In this document: in pieces, positions 25,848 to 35,732 of the stretch | Layout of the letters: the number at the start of each line of letters is the position of its first letter | Position numbering within the stretch: the stretch's first letter is position 1 | Position numbers and translations under genes: made by a program | Virus record (IMG/VR): IMGVR_UViG_3300025018_000001 | From: a virus | Taxonomy: Duplodnaviria; Caudoviricetes | Length of the DNA stretch: 64,000 bases | Direction: 5' to 3' (one strand) | Notes under the pieces: model-generated | What the model saw: only the letters and a program-made list of their open reading frames with translations | What the model was told of the DNA's origin: nothing | Database searches by the model: none

Positions 25848-27032
25848 ATGGTAATTCATGCTTCATATCCAGTTTACTATACTCCTGATAGTACTAATAG
25901 TGGTATAGTAAACGTATATGGTCCTATAGTTCATGGGCCAACTACTTCTGGTTTTGTTGGTCCACAATTACCTGCAGGTGGTGTAGGTGCGTACTTTCCA
26001 GACGCTACAATTAACCCTATAGTGTACCTGGAACCACTTATGGGTGGGTATACTACAGGGCCAACCATAATTCCAGAGCTTTCTAAAGATTTTATACCTA
26101 GTATACAATATATTAGTGAATCAATACAAAGTACAAACAACGAGGCAGTACAACCACTAGGCTTTACATACTTTGTATATGTAGAACAAAACGTATACAC
26201 AATAGCTATTAACTTATCTGCATTTGTAAATGTAATATCTATAGAAGATATAGTAGGTTATATAACACCAACACAACAGTCCCTAGATGATTTATCAAGT
26301 TTTATTAGAAGTTCTACAAACAGTAATGAAAGTTTTGAAGCAGGTATTGGTGTTGTTGTTCCACAACTATTATTTCAAATATTTACTAAAGGTGAATTTA
26401 TTTATGCAGCCGTACAAAAAGGTATAGAGATATTTGATGTTCACACAGGTAATTCTTTATATCTAAAAGATGTTCCTTATACACGAATTAAAACCTTATG
26501 GGGTAATGATACTACTTTATACTTTGGTGGTATTGGCGGAATTTTCTCAATAGATTATGCAGATCTTCACGCCGATTTGGAAAACTCAGTTATCAGCAAT
26601 AGTTTCTCATTAAAATCAAATGTAGTAAATTATATACATGGTAGCGGTAATTCATTATTAGTATCAACAACCTCAGGAGTAGAGTATTTTAACTGGTCAG
26701 GAAATCCTGTAATTAAAAGTAGGGCTTATATAGAAAATGTTAGTAAATGTTTCTTAGTAGACGACTCAGCTTATTATATAACTAATACTACTATATCAGG
26801 GGAAACTACCTGGACGTTAAATAAAAAATATAATCTAATAACAGATTGGACCTTACCTACAGCTACATATAGTAATGGTGATACATTCACATTAAGTACT
26901 GCATTAACTGATATATTCGTAACAAAAGGGACTGCAGCGGCTGGTGGTAATACTATATTTTGTGCAACTACTAGCGGTATCTATGTTATAGACGAAGATA
27001 CAAATAATAAAGCAATATATTACACGAGGTAA
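25848..27032 (+). CDS. Putative structural protein with beta-propeller-like C-terminus
   Basis: ORF track, operon position. Confidence 0.6.
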   Translation: MVIHASYPVYYTPDSTNSGIVNVYGPIVHGPTTSGFVGPQLPAGGVGAYFPDATINPIVYLEPLMGGYTTGPTIIPELSKDFIPSIQYISESIQSTNNEAVQPLGFTYFVYVEQNVYTIAINLSAFVNVISIEDIVGYITPTQQSLDDLSSFIRSSTNSNESFEAGIGVVVPQLLFQIFTKGEFIYAAVQKGIEIFDVHTGNSLYLKDVPYTRIKTLWGNDTTLYFGGIGGIFSIDYADLHADLENSVISNSFSLKSNVVNYIHGSGNSLLVSTTSGVEYFNWSGNPVIKSRAYIENVSKCFLVDDSAYYITNTTISGETTWTLNKKYNLITDWTLPTATYSNGDTFTLSTALTDIFVTKGTAAAGGNTIFCATTSGIYVIDEDTNNKAIYYTR

Positions 27033-27034
27033 TA

Positions 27035-29017
27035 ATGGCCGATATAATGAATTGGGACAAGACTAAAATATTAAAGTTCAGTATAGACAATACCTTGATA
27101 GACGAAGAACTTACTGATTTTCCTGTACTTCTAAATATAAGTGAGACTGCAGGGATAAATAGGTTTGACTGTTCGCCTTTATTCAATAACTTAATGGATG
27201 CGACCGGTAAAGATGATACTTCTAACTATAGTCTTATACTTAATTTTGAAAATGGTTTTGTAGATCTTTCTGAACAAGAACTGCTTATTTCCTCTGGTGG
27301 TACTCCTGGGTTAACTTCCGGCATATCAAAATTCGGTAACAAAGCTTTATCACTGAATGGGGCTTCTTGGCTAATAGTAAACATGACTGATGCGTTAGTG
27401 CCAGGAACGGGTGATTTTACCATTCATAGTTGGTACTACGTAAGTGCTATTACAACTTACATACCCTTCTTTTACTTAGGATTTTACACTCTAGGTATAT
27501 TTTTATATTACAATGGAGGGAAACTAACATGTATTGTAAATGGTACGATTATAAATGACACTACTGTAGCATTACCTTTAAGCAGTTGGTTCCATATAGC
27601 TTTAGTAATTAGTTCATCCATGATAATGATATTTCTAAACGGGGTACAACAAGGCACTGCTTACGGACCTTACATGAGTGGTATAGTTCCAACTAATCCC
27701 TTGTTAATAGGTAAAGATGAGGGGTATGCTAATTCATATTTCACAGGTTATATAGATGAATTTATTATTGTAAAAGGGGAAGCTTTGTGGACAACAAACT
27801 TTACGCCACCCTCAACAGGTATAAACCCTGCTAAACTAGAAATTAAAAAAATAGCAGCCATCTACCCAAGTGTACAAGAACATTGGGTAGATGGTGTTTT
27901 AAAGAACTACATACACGGTAGTACAGATGAATTATTCTGTGAAATAGAAAGTTATAGTTCAACAAATAAATCAATACAATTGTGGGTTAAAGTACCTAAA
28001 GTATTAGTAGACCAACCAACAGATATATTATTATATTATGATATAACTCAAGAAGATAACAACGACTATGTGGGGTTTACTAAGGAATACCCAGCCACAC
28101 AAGTTTGGACAAATAACTATGCAGCTGTTTACCATATGGCACAAATACCCCAAGCTGGCCTAACTAGTACACTGGATTCAACAAGTAATGCCAATCATGG
28201 TGTACCTTATTCACTTCTTACTACAGATAGAGTTGCTGGTTTAATAGGCTATGCTATAAATTTTGATGGTGCAAATGATCATATTAACGTGCCTAATCAT
28301 ACTTCATTAATGTTAACAGGCAGCTTGACTATGGAAGCCTTTGCAAAAGTTTTGGATAACGGTACTGCTAGAGGTTTAATGCTGAAGGGTGTAATATCTA
28401 GCTGGGGTGATTACCATTTATCAAGATCAGGAGTAGATGATAAAAGTATGTTTGTACTTAATAAAAGCTCTTCTAGTGATAATGGTACAGGTAGAATAAC
28501 AGGGGGTCCTATATATAAAGATGAGTGGTTCAGTCTTAGCGCAGTATATGACAAGTCATCTCAGTATTTATTTACAGATGGTATTGTGACTGCGTCTGGG
28601 ACTTTTACCTCAGACGTTACTACAGATACTAACTCCTTATTTTTAGGTAGGTCCTATAATGCTTATTTTTATGGTCCTATACAAAGTTTAATATTGTCTA
28701 ACACAGCTAGAAGTGCTGCTTGGATAAAAGCAGGAAGTTATATGCAAAGAGATGCGCTAATAAATATAGATTTAGGTAAACGATATAAGATATCTGGGCA
28801 TGTAGCAGCTTTTGGTTCCCCTGTAAGAAGAACTATTTTTCTATATGATAGGGTGTCAGGAGTATTACTAGATAAGATTATTTCCGATGATGCTGGTTAT
28901 TACACTTTATATGCAAATACAGGTGACAGGTATAACGTAGTATGCTTAGATGATGACACAGGTATGGATTTAAGTGATATACTTATAAGCAAAATAGTTC
29001 CAGTGGAGGTAGTATAG
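27035..29017 (+). CDS. DUF2341 plus two LamG/concanavalin-A-like domain tail protein
   Basis: DFPVLL, GTGDFTI..W, WFHIA, GYIDEF, LWVKVP, YHM, AWIKA motifs. Confidence 0.82.
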   Translation: MADIMNWDKTKILKFSIDNTLIDEELTDFPVLLNISETAGINRFDCSPLFNNLMDATGKDDTSNYSLILNFENGFVDLSEQELLISSGGTPGLTSGISKFGNKALSLNGASWLIVNMTDALVPGTGDFTIHSWYYVSAITTYIPFFYLGFYTLGIFLYYNGGKLTCIVNGTIINDTTVALPLSSWFHIALVISSSMIMIFLNGVQQGTAYGPYMSGIVPTNPLLIGKDEGYANSYFTGYIDEFIIVKGEALWTTNFTPPSTGINPAKLEIKKIAAIYPSVQEHWVDGVLKNYIHGSTDELFCEIESYSSTNKSIQLWVKVPKVLVDQPTDILLYYDITQEDNNDYVGFTKEYPATQVWTNNYAAVYHMAQIPQAGLTSTLDSTSNANHGVPYSLLTTDRVAGLIGYAINFDGANDHINVPNHTSLMLTGSLTMEAFAKVLDNGTARGLMLKGVISSWGDYHLSRSGVDDKSMFVLNKSSSSDNGTGRITGGPIYKDEWFSLSAVYDKSSQYLFTDGIVTASGTFTSDVTTDTNSLFLGRSYNAYFYGPIQSLILSNTARSAAWIKAGSYMQRDALINIDLGKRYKISGHVAAFGSPVRRTIFLYDRVSGVLLDKIISDDAGYYTLYANTGDRYNVVCLDDDTGMDLSDILISKIVPVEVV

Positions 29018-29018
29018 T

Positions 29019-29357
29019 ATGGAATGGGTGCCAGGACTGTCAGGCGAAAATTTAGATATTGTATTTTCAGAAGAAGATATTAGGGAAATACGCACTGAAT
29101 ATAACTTTGACTTTTTACAAAGCCCCGATAGTGTTTATATACTAAAGGATGCTAATGTATTTTCATCTATATATGCAGACCCAGACGCCTCATTAACTAA
29201 TGGTAGTTTTTATATAGGAACGAATAAAAGCCTGACAATAGTAAAAGTTACTAATGGTCAGGCTTTTATAAAAGATTACTATAGTAATACAATTTCAGGT
29301 TCCACAGGTGCAGCACTCATAAATGACACTGCTGTGGATGTGGTGGTTAATTTTTAA
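29019..29357 (+). CDS. Hypothetical (structural cassette)
   Basis: ORF track. Confidence 0.65.
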   Translation: MEWVPGLSGENLDIVFSEEDIREIRTEYNFDFLQSPDSVYILKDANVFSSIYADPDASLTNGSFYIGTNKSLTIVKVTNGQAFIKDYYSNTISGSTGAALINDTAVDVVVNF

Positions 29358-29581
29358 CCTAGCAACCAGCTAAAGAAACTTCCTGATTCTTTTGGCATAT
29401 CTTCAGGATTTCTATTAGCCCTCTCTATTGCATCATTTATTTGGTCTATTGTAAATAGTGCAGGAACTTCATTTCCATCTACCCTAATAATGTATGAAGG
29501 GTAATAAGAAGGACAGCTGCCAAATTTACGGTCCATATTATCAACTTGCTCCTCCATATAAATCTTAGAATCTACTTTCAT
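29354..29581 (-). CDS. Hypothetical protein
   Basis: ORF track, GAGG RBS. Confidence 0.7.
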   Translation of the reverse strand: MKVDSKIYMEEQVDNMDRKFGSCPSYYPSYIIRVDGNEVPALFTIDQINDAIERANRNPEDMPKESGSFFSWLLG

Positions 29582-29591
29582 AATTACCTCG

Positions 29592-30632
29592 TTAATTATA
29601 TTTGGCTACAATTTTAGCAATAGCTTTCAAGTCATTCTCGAAATCAGGTGCTATATAAACAACTTTTTCCAAAGAACCATAATGAGTTTCTAAGCAATTA
29701 ATTAAAAGTTCCTTAATTTTGGCCTCATTAGGTTTGTACTGAAGAGTACTTTTAGCATATAATTCCTCCAGCTGCTTTTCTTTACTTTCAAAATAATCTG
29801 ATATTTGCTGTAGTGTCCACTCACCCCGCCGTATAGATTTAAGTTGTTCGTTATTCCTCTGTAAGTCTATGTCATGTTCAACTAGTATTTGTTCACATTC
29901 AGAAAGTAATCTTACTATGTGATAAGAAAATTTAGAATCATAGCCTAAAATCTTACTACCTATAGCTCTTTTACCAGCAAGCGAAAATAAGTTATTATAA
30001 TTCTTTAGTTGATCGTCTGTTAAATAACCTAAAAAAGACTTTCCTCTATTTGCAAGTTCAAATTCTACATCATGTATATCTGTAGATTTAGGTATAGCAA
30101 ATTCAATCTCATAGTCAATTAACTCTTGTAAACCTTTTGGGTCTTTTATATTCATCTTATGCATCTGTGAATAAGCGTATCCTTTAAACTTATGAAAGGC
30201 ACCTCTATGCAAAAATAACTTCCTATTCTCTCTTACAAGTTCACTAATAGCAGTACTATGTAAAATACATGTCCTAGGCACAAACAAGGAATCAATCATA
30301 TTGGGATTATTATCCATACATAATTGGAAATATTTAACAATACTAAAAATAGAGAAGTCATACTCCTTATCAGAAGAAGCATCTTTTATATGGTGTTGCT
30401 GCCATTGGTCAAACCTGGGTGAGGGTTTTCCAAAACCAGCTATATCACCAGCTAAATGTGGAAATACTTGGTCTTTTGGTGGTAGACAAAAACCATAAAT
30501 GTCAATATCACTACCTAAATTTGCAACACCATAAGCCACCGACCCCATATAGGTAGCATACATAACATTATCAAGTAAAAACTTAGGTGCTGTAAGTTTA
30601 CCTAGCTTATTTAATTTCTTTAATAACTCCAT
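29592..30632 (-). CDS. Pol-beta-superfamily nucleotidyltransferase (Nuc-transf/RlaP family), start revised to MELL
   Basis: GSVAYG...SDID..G, NPN.ID.LF, K..YH.VRL. Confidence 0.88.
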   Translation of the reverse strand: MELLKKLNKLGKLTAPKFLLDNVMYATYMGSVAYGVANLGSDIDIYGFCLPPKDQVFPHLAGDIAGFGKPSPRFDQWQQHHIKDASSDKEYDFSIFSIVKYFQLCMDNNPNMIDSLFVPRTCILHSTAISELVRENRKLFLHRGAFHKFKGYAYSQMHKMNIKDPKGLQELIDYEIEFAIPKSTDIHDVEFELANRGKSFLGYLTDDQLKNYNNLFSLAGKRAIGSKILGYDSKFSYHIVRLLSECEQILVEHDIDLQRNNEQLKSIRRGEWTLQQISDYFESKEKQLEELYAKSTLQYKPNEAKIKELLINCLETHYGSLEKVVYIAPDFENDLKAIAKIVAKYN

Positions 30633-30702
30633 AAGACCTCCAAAAACAAGAGTTCTAAACAAACATAGTTTAGAACTCTAATTACTTTAGCATAGTAAAA
30701 TT

Positions 30703-31065
30703 TTACTTCTTACTTTTATTAAAATTGAAACCACGTTTAACTTCTTTAACTTCTTCTTTAGCTGGTTTAGGTTCCACCTTAACTTCCTCAACCTTAACTT
30801 CTTCAACAACAGGCTCTACTACAGTCTCTACTACAGGTTCAACAACCTCTGGTACTACTTGTTCAGCAGTACTGATCATTAAGTCAGCTTCTTTTATTGA
30901 TGTTTCAATGTAAGGTTTCATAGCAGTCATAATTTTTTTAGCATAACTTCTTGACTTAGCTACAGAACCAAGATCATCATCTTCACACCATTTATTGCCA
31001 AGTGTTTCAAACTCTTTTACATACGTCATAATTTCTTTAAAAATTTTCTTAGATACTTTTTCCAT
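30703..31065 (-). CDS. Hypothetical protein with Glu/Val/Pro low-complexity tail
   Basis: EVVEPVVETVVEPVVEE. Confidence 0.7.
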   Translation of the reverse strand: MEKVSKKIFKEIMTYVKEFETLGNKWCEDDDLGSVAKSRSYAKKIMTAMKPYIETSIKEADLMISTAEQVVPEVVEPVVETVVEPVVEEVKVEEVKVEPKPAKEEVKEVKRGFNFNKSKK

Positions 31066-31085
31066 GATGGCTCCTTATATTTATT

Positions 31086-31376
31086 TTAGTCAGTCACATT
31101 AGCTCTGAAATTAGCCAAGCAATCTGGGGTCACACTTTGGCTAACGGCTTGTACGTAAGCATTCTTAGATGCCTCTTTTTGGGTCTTTTTATATTCTTTC
31201 CTTGTCCTTATATTATAGGGTACATAAATAGCTTCCATTTTATTAGGCTTTTTAACCTTTTCAGGGGCATACGAAAATAGCTCACATAATCTAGATTTAT
31301 TTTGAGCAACTTTATTACCTTTGACTAAACATATAATACCATCCGTATTTTCACAAACTTTACATCTTACTTTCAT
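31086..31376 (-). CDS. Hypothetical protein
   Basis: ORF track, AAGGAG RBS. Confidence 0.7.
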   Translation of the reverse strand: MKVRCKVCENTDGIICLVKGNKVAQNKSRLCELFSYAPEKVKKPNKMEAIYVPYNIRTRKEYKKTQKEASKNAYVQAVSQSVTPDCLANFRANVTD

Positions 31377-31392
31377 AATATCTCTCCTTTAG

Positions 31393-31776
31393 TTACCAAG
31401 AAACACACATATCTCTTATTTCATCTGTACAACCCCAGTAGTCAATATCAATTTTTCCCATATCTACATCCCTAGAATCACACTCAACCTTAAACCCTTT
31501 AGCTCTTAGCTCTTTCTTTATAGCATCCATATAACTACTATTTAGTGTACATACATCTAAGTAAGAACCACCATATGTAATATGCCGTATCCCAGAAGAG
31601 GCTGCTTTTTTAATATCCTTATCTAGATTTTTTCTAATGTGTTCTGATAAACTAGTAGCTTGCATTTTCAATACATTCTGATGCTGTTCTTCTTTTTTCT
31701 TCTTTTCGGCCCAACGTTTTTTATTTATAGCCTCAGTGGTTTTGTTTGTTAATCTTTGAGCACTTTTTGCATCCAT
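31393..31776 (-). CDS. Hypothetical protein
   Basis: ORF track. Confidence 0.7.
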   Translation of the reverse strand: MDAKSAQRLTNKTTEAINKKRWAEKKKKEEQHQNVLKMQATSLSEHIRKNLDKDIKKAASSGIRHITYGGSYLDVCTLNSSYMDAIKKELRAKGFKVECDSRDVDMGKIDIDYWGCTDEIRDMCVSW

Positions 31777-31788
31777 ATAGTTACCTCG

Positions 31789-32022
31789 CTAGTTAAGATA
31801 AAAAAATTCACAACAAGGGTACTTTCTTCCCTTGTCGTCTAAAGGTTCTTCCCAATTAGATGGATCTGAGTTTTCATGATCACCGTCTTTAGGTTCCATA
31901 TTACAACTACATCCTCTCGGTACACAATCATCACAATAAAAGTCATTTGTTTCTGGACCTTCATGGCTTGGCATATATACCCAAACTGCTATTCTACCAC
32001 AATCACAATAGTCTGTCATCAT
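31789..32022 (-). CDS. Cys-rich hypothetical protein
   Basis: CDCG, CDDCVPRGCSC, PCCE. Confidence 0.7.
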   Translation of the reverse strand: MMTDYCDCGRIAVWVYMPSHEGPETNDFYCDDCVPRGCSCNMEPKDGDHENSDPSNWEEPLDDKGRKYPCCEFFYLN

Positions 32023-32729
32023 TTATTTACCTCTATATAGTAACAATCTGGAAAATTATACATAGTGCACCTTCTTCTTATAGTAGCCCTTGAAACACCA
32101 AAACATTTTGCAGCCTCTAAGGTAGATGTAAAATATAAGTCATGCACTATACATTTTGTACTATGTGATGGTGGTGCGCCCTTTATATCTTTATTCCAAG
32201 GAATGTTACCTTTTTTAAAATCTACTAAGCCAAGTTTTAACCTATCTTTTAGAGTTAGCTTTTTGCCATATAAGTAATTTTTAATTCCGAGCTTTTTACC
32301 TTTCTTAGCCTTACTAATGTTTATTTTTTCCTCTTTAGTACGTGGAATATTTTTATTCCATGAGGGTTTACCTTTGAGCTTGGCCTTTATCATATCCATA
32401 ACTTCTTTAGGATGTTTTTTACCATACATGTGGTTATCTCTACCATAAAATGTTGGAGGGTTTCCACCACCTTCTGTAATATTATAACAATTAGTATCCT
32501 CTAAAAGTTCATCAGTAATAAAGTTCTTTTCAAAAGCATAAGCACTGGCTTCATCATAAAACAAAGCTAGTGTTTCTCGTGTAAAATTATTACGTCCATA
32601 CTTTTTTATAGCTTGAAGTATAAGTTTACCAGAACCTAAATACAAAGTAGATTTTTTACTATTCACTTTATGTACACCAATATAGTATTTGTTATTAATA
32701 AGATTTGTTGTTTTATATACTAACCACAT
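32019..32729 (-). mobile_element. Free-standing GIY-YIG homing endonuclease with NUMOD3-type repeats
   Basis: LVY.TTN..N.KYYIG, YN..EGG, N.MYGKKH repeats. Confidence 0.9.
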
Positions 32730-33683
32730 TTAAAAGCTATCCTTAAATTTTGACAGTAGAAACATACCACAACTAGCTGCTATTTCAGCACCTGGTGATA
32801 TCTGAACCTTTATATTTTTATGTTTTTCATATAAGGTATCTATAATACTATCAAAGTTTTTAGACTCTGTAAAAGTTGTACCATCACACTTATTGAATCG
32901 TAAAAGACGCAACTCAATATTATCAAATACATCTAACAAACCTAATAAATAGGTTATGTCAATATCAGAATCGTTCACGCCATCAAAAAACATATGATGT
33001 AGTATAACAGTTATACCTTGTTGTTCTAGTTCTTTAAAATATTGTATGGCACTATATACATCTACTGTATGGGGTATCAACTCTTTTCTAGTACCTTCAA
33101 AAGCACTATGTACGGAATAGAAAATTCTAAAAGGTTGTCTATCAGTACCTTTTACATAATTACGTTTAGGATTTAGATGCATAGCCCAAACACTGTTAGA
33201 TAAAGCTTTTATATAATCAATCTCAGTTGTAGGTATTTTAGGTAAAGTAGTAGCTATGTCAACACCATCTATACCTAAAGACATATCAAATCCTTGTATA
33301 TAACTTGCTATATCTTCAGTTGCATTATATACTAACTCTGTGTCTAAAAAACCATCTCCCATACCCATCCAAGAAAGCTTGGTGTACATCTGTCTTAATT
33401 CAGGTCTTACTGTTAGCTCACTATTTAGTGCTTCTACTACGTTTAAAGCTATAGCTTCTGCGGATAAACGATGATAAGGGCATTTTTTAACTGTTAGGTA
33501 ACAAAACTTACAACCTACAGGACAACCCACAGAGCTACTTATAAATATATTATATTTGTTACCTATATTACCATAACCACCACACCCCACCTCTCCTGGA
33601 GGGGTGGTTTTTATTGCTGTCTCTGAGCCGTCATCATGTACATATTTAGCCACCTGCCCGTTTTTGGTTCTGTATACTTCCAT
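32730..33683 (-). CDS. RlmN/Cfr-like radical SAM RNA methyltransferase
   Basis: ISSSVGCPVGCKFC, WMGMGD, S.H, C-terminal IAASCG (catalytic Cys). Confidence 0.8.
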   Translation of the reverse strand: MEVYRTKNGQVAKYVHDDGSETAIKTTPPGEVGCGGYGNIGNKYNIFISSSVGCPVGCKFCYLTVKKCPYHRLSAEAIALNVVEALNSELTVRPELRQMYTKLSWMGMGDGFLDTELVYNATEDIASYIQGFDMSLGIDGVDIATTLPKIPTTEIDYIKALSNSVWAMHLNPKRNYVKGTDRQPFRIFYSVHSAFEGTRKELIPHTVDVYSAIQYFKELEQQGITVILHHMFFDGVNDSDIDITYLLGLLDVFDNIELRLLRFNKCDGTTFTESKNFDSIIDTLYEKHKNIKVQISPGAEIAASCGMFLLSKFKDSF

Positions 33684-33691
33684 AAACCCTC

Positions 33692-34108
33692 CTACATTTT
33701 TTGTATAATAGCACTAACTAATTTACCATCGACAGAGGCACCAAAATGATTTTTTACAATTTTAACCGCTTGCATTTTATTACTAAGTGCAGAAAAATCT
33801 ATAGTGGTTATAAAAGACAACAACTCTTCCTTTGAAATCTGCTTGGGTAAATAGGTGTCAATTAAAGGTTTTAAAGTACTTACTGATGTAGGCACTAACT
33901 CTAGTAGTTTATCTTCACCTGCTACAATTAACTTTAATACGCGAATAGCTTGGTCATCTGATAAAACACTGCCTATGTATTCCTTACCATCTTTGGTACC
34001 TTTAAGTCTAGAAAATTCACCTAAGATATATTTTAAATCATTCGTATTGTCACTATGGGTTTTCATGGCTGTATGTAAGTCTTCTTTAAGTCTATCATGT
34101 AAAATCAT
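33692..34108 (-). CDS. GatB/YqeY-domain protein
   Basis: L...LK.DL..AMK, YLPKQ, MQAV..VK..FG..VDGK. Confidence 0.85.
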   Translation of the reverse strand: MILHDRLKEDLHTAMKTHSDNTNDLKYILGEFSRLKGTKDGKEYIGSVLSDDQAIRVLKLIVAGEDKLLELVPTSVSTLKPLIDTYLPKQISKEELLSFITTIDFSALSNKMQAVKIVKNHFGASVDGKLVSAIIQKM

Positions 34109-34127
34109 TTTGGTACCTCCTTGGATA

Positions 34128-34877
34128 CTATTTTAAAACATATCTTTTACTTTGGTCTACATCGAAGTAGTAACGATTACTACCTTCCAAAAATTTATGG
34201 AAGTTAAAAATACCTGTCTTACGATCATACACCATAAGCCAAGCATATACTGGCTTTTCACCACGTATAACCTCTGTTATCATTTTTTTGGCGTAAAGTA
34301 ATTGACGTATAGTAGCATCTTTATCCTCAGAGTTTTTTGCTTCTACAATATGAATACTTTTAGCCCCCTCATAACAACCATCTACTTCTATTTGTACTTT
34401 TTCTACATCAAAGTCCATTTTCCCCAACTTAAATTTAAAAGATGCACGCCTTTTATTTCGTAGGGTCAACGAAACCTTTTCACCAAAACAATCATCCAAT
34501 ATACTATTATAGTGAGCCAAATCCAAGGCCATAGACTCTGTTTTAGACCCCTTAGCGAACCTATCTATAGTAAGTAATCCTTCCATTTTCTTAATTGGAT
34601 ACACACGCATACCAGAAATATCTGGGATTGGTATAAATGGGTTTTCTTTTGTAAGTCTATATTTACCATTTTTAATAGCAAGTACAGAGATATTATTATC
34701 TCGCATAATAGGTGGTTGTTTACTTTTGTTATCCATCTTAGCTAGTAACCTTGATTCTTCTCCTGTAATTTCCTTTAGTGTATCGGAAGTAACGTCAAGG
34801 TAACCATAAGTATTCACATGTTTAACTACATCCAACTGTTCAAAAATACCATTCCATGCCTGTCTAAATTTACTCAT
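34128..34877 (-). CDS. PD-(D/E)XK type II restriction-endonuclease-like protein (DUF6997/DUF6996-like)
   Basis: QIEVDGCYEG...IVEAK, IRQL.Y; adjacent to dam. Confidence 0.7.
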   Translation of the reverse strand: MSKFRQAWNGIFEQLDVVKHVNTYGYLDVTSDTLKEITGEESRLLAKMDNKSKQPPIMRDNNISVLAIKNGKYRLTKENPFIPIPDISGMRVYPIKKMEGLLTIDRFAKGSKTESMALDLAHYNSILDDCFGEKVSLTLRNKRRASFKFKLGKMDFDVEKVQIEVDGCYEGAKSIHIVEAKNSEDKDATIRQLLYAKKMITEVIRGEKPVYAWLMVYDRKTGIFNFHKFLEGSNRYYFDVDQSKRYVLK

Positions 34878-34892
34878 TAAGTTATTCTCCTT

Positions 34893-35732
34893 TTATAAAA
34901 ATAAACCTGTACAACTTCCCTTGTAGTTTCTTATTAGAACTTCTCCTTTATCTTTTCTAGATTTAGCTGATGCACCTACACTGTGATAAACATCTATTGA
35001 ATTTATTTCAAAATCTTTGAATAAGTCTCTAGTTAAAGGTGTATCAGAATTAGATAGCAAAAACTTTGCACCTTGAGCGTCAACCAACTTACAGTAGTCA
35101 ACTATGCGCTCTTGGTCCTGTACTCCAAAACCAGCCGAAGTATAATTTGCAAAATTGGCTGTGTCCGAGTATGGTATATACGGTGGGTCAAGATAAATAA
35201 ATGTGTCTTTATTTACATAGTTTAAAGTCTCATAAAAATCAACATTTAAAATTAACGTTTTACGTAATATTTTAGAGACGCTTAAAATATGTTCTTCTTG
35301 GGGAAAAGTAACTTTGTCATACTTACCATACGGAGTGTTCATTTTTCCTTTGCTATTACTCCTCCATATACCGTTAAAGGCCGTTTTATTGAGATATAAA
35401 AAACGAGCTGCCCTACTTAAACATGATTTTTCATCACGCCAATCAATATCTCTATCTGTGGCTCTAACGATATAATACTCTTCTTCAGAAACTATAAAAA
35501 GTTTTGTTAAATTTAACAACTCTATAGGGTTATCTCTTATTTGTGTATAAAAATTTATAAGCTCCCTGTTAGCATCATTAATGATACCTATATTTGGATT
35601 TATGTAAAAAAATAATGCACCTCCTCCAATGAATGGCTCTATGTAATTTGTATATTCCAAAGGTACATATAGAGATAAGTATCTTATAAGTTTAGTTTTA
35701 CCTCCTACCCATTTTAATAACGGTTTAGGCAT
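34893..35732 (-). CDS. dam: DNA adenine methyltransferase, Dam/D12 class (start revised to MPKP)
   Basis: KWVGGK, EPF.GGG, FLYLNK, YLDPPY, LSNS. Confidence 0.95.
   Translation of the reverse strand: MPKPLLKWVGGKTKLIRYLSLYVPLEYTNYIEPFIGGGALFFYINPNIGIINDANRELINFYTQIRDNPIELLNLTKLFIVSEEEYYIVRATDRDIDWRDEKSCLSRAARFLYLNKTAFNGIWRSNSKGKMNTPYGKYDKVTFPQEEHILSVSKILRKTLILNVDFYETLNYVNKDTFIYLDPPYIPYSDTANFANYTSAGFGVQDQERIVDYCKLVDAQGAKFLLSNSDTPLTRDLFKDFEINSIDVYHSVGASAKSRKDKGEVLIRNYKGSCTGLFL

Noticed and set aside
23600-29400. Invertible segment or DGR target explaining the plus-strand cassette
   Set aside because: No flanking inverted repeats, recombinase, reverse transcriptase or template/variable repeat pair was visible by eye
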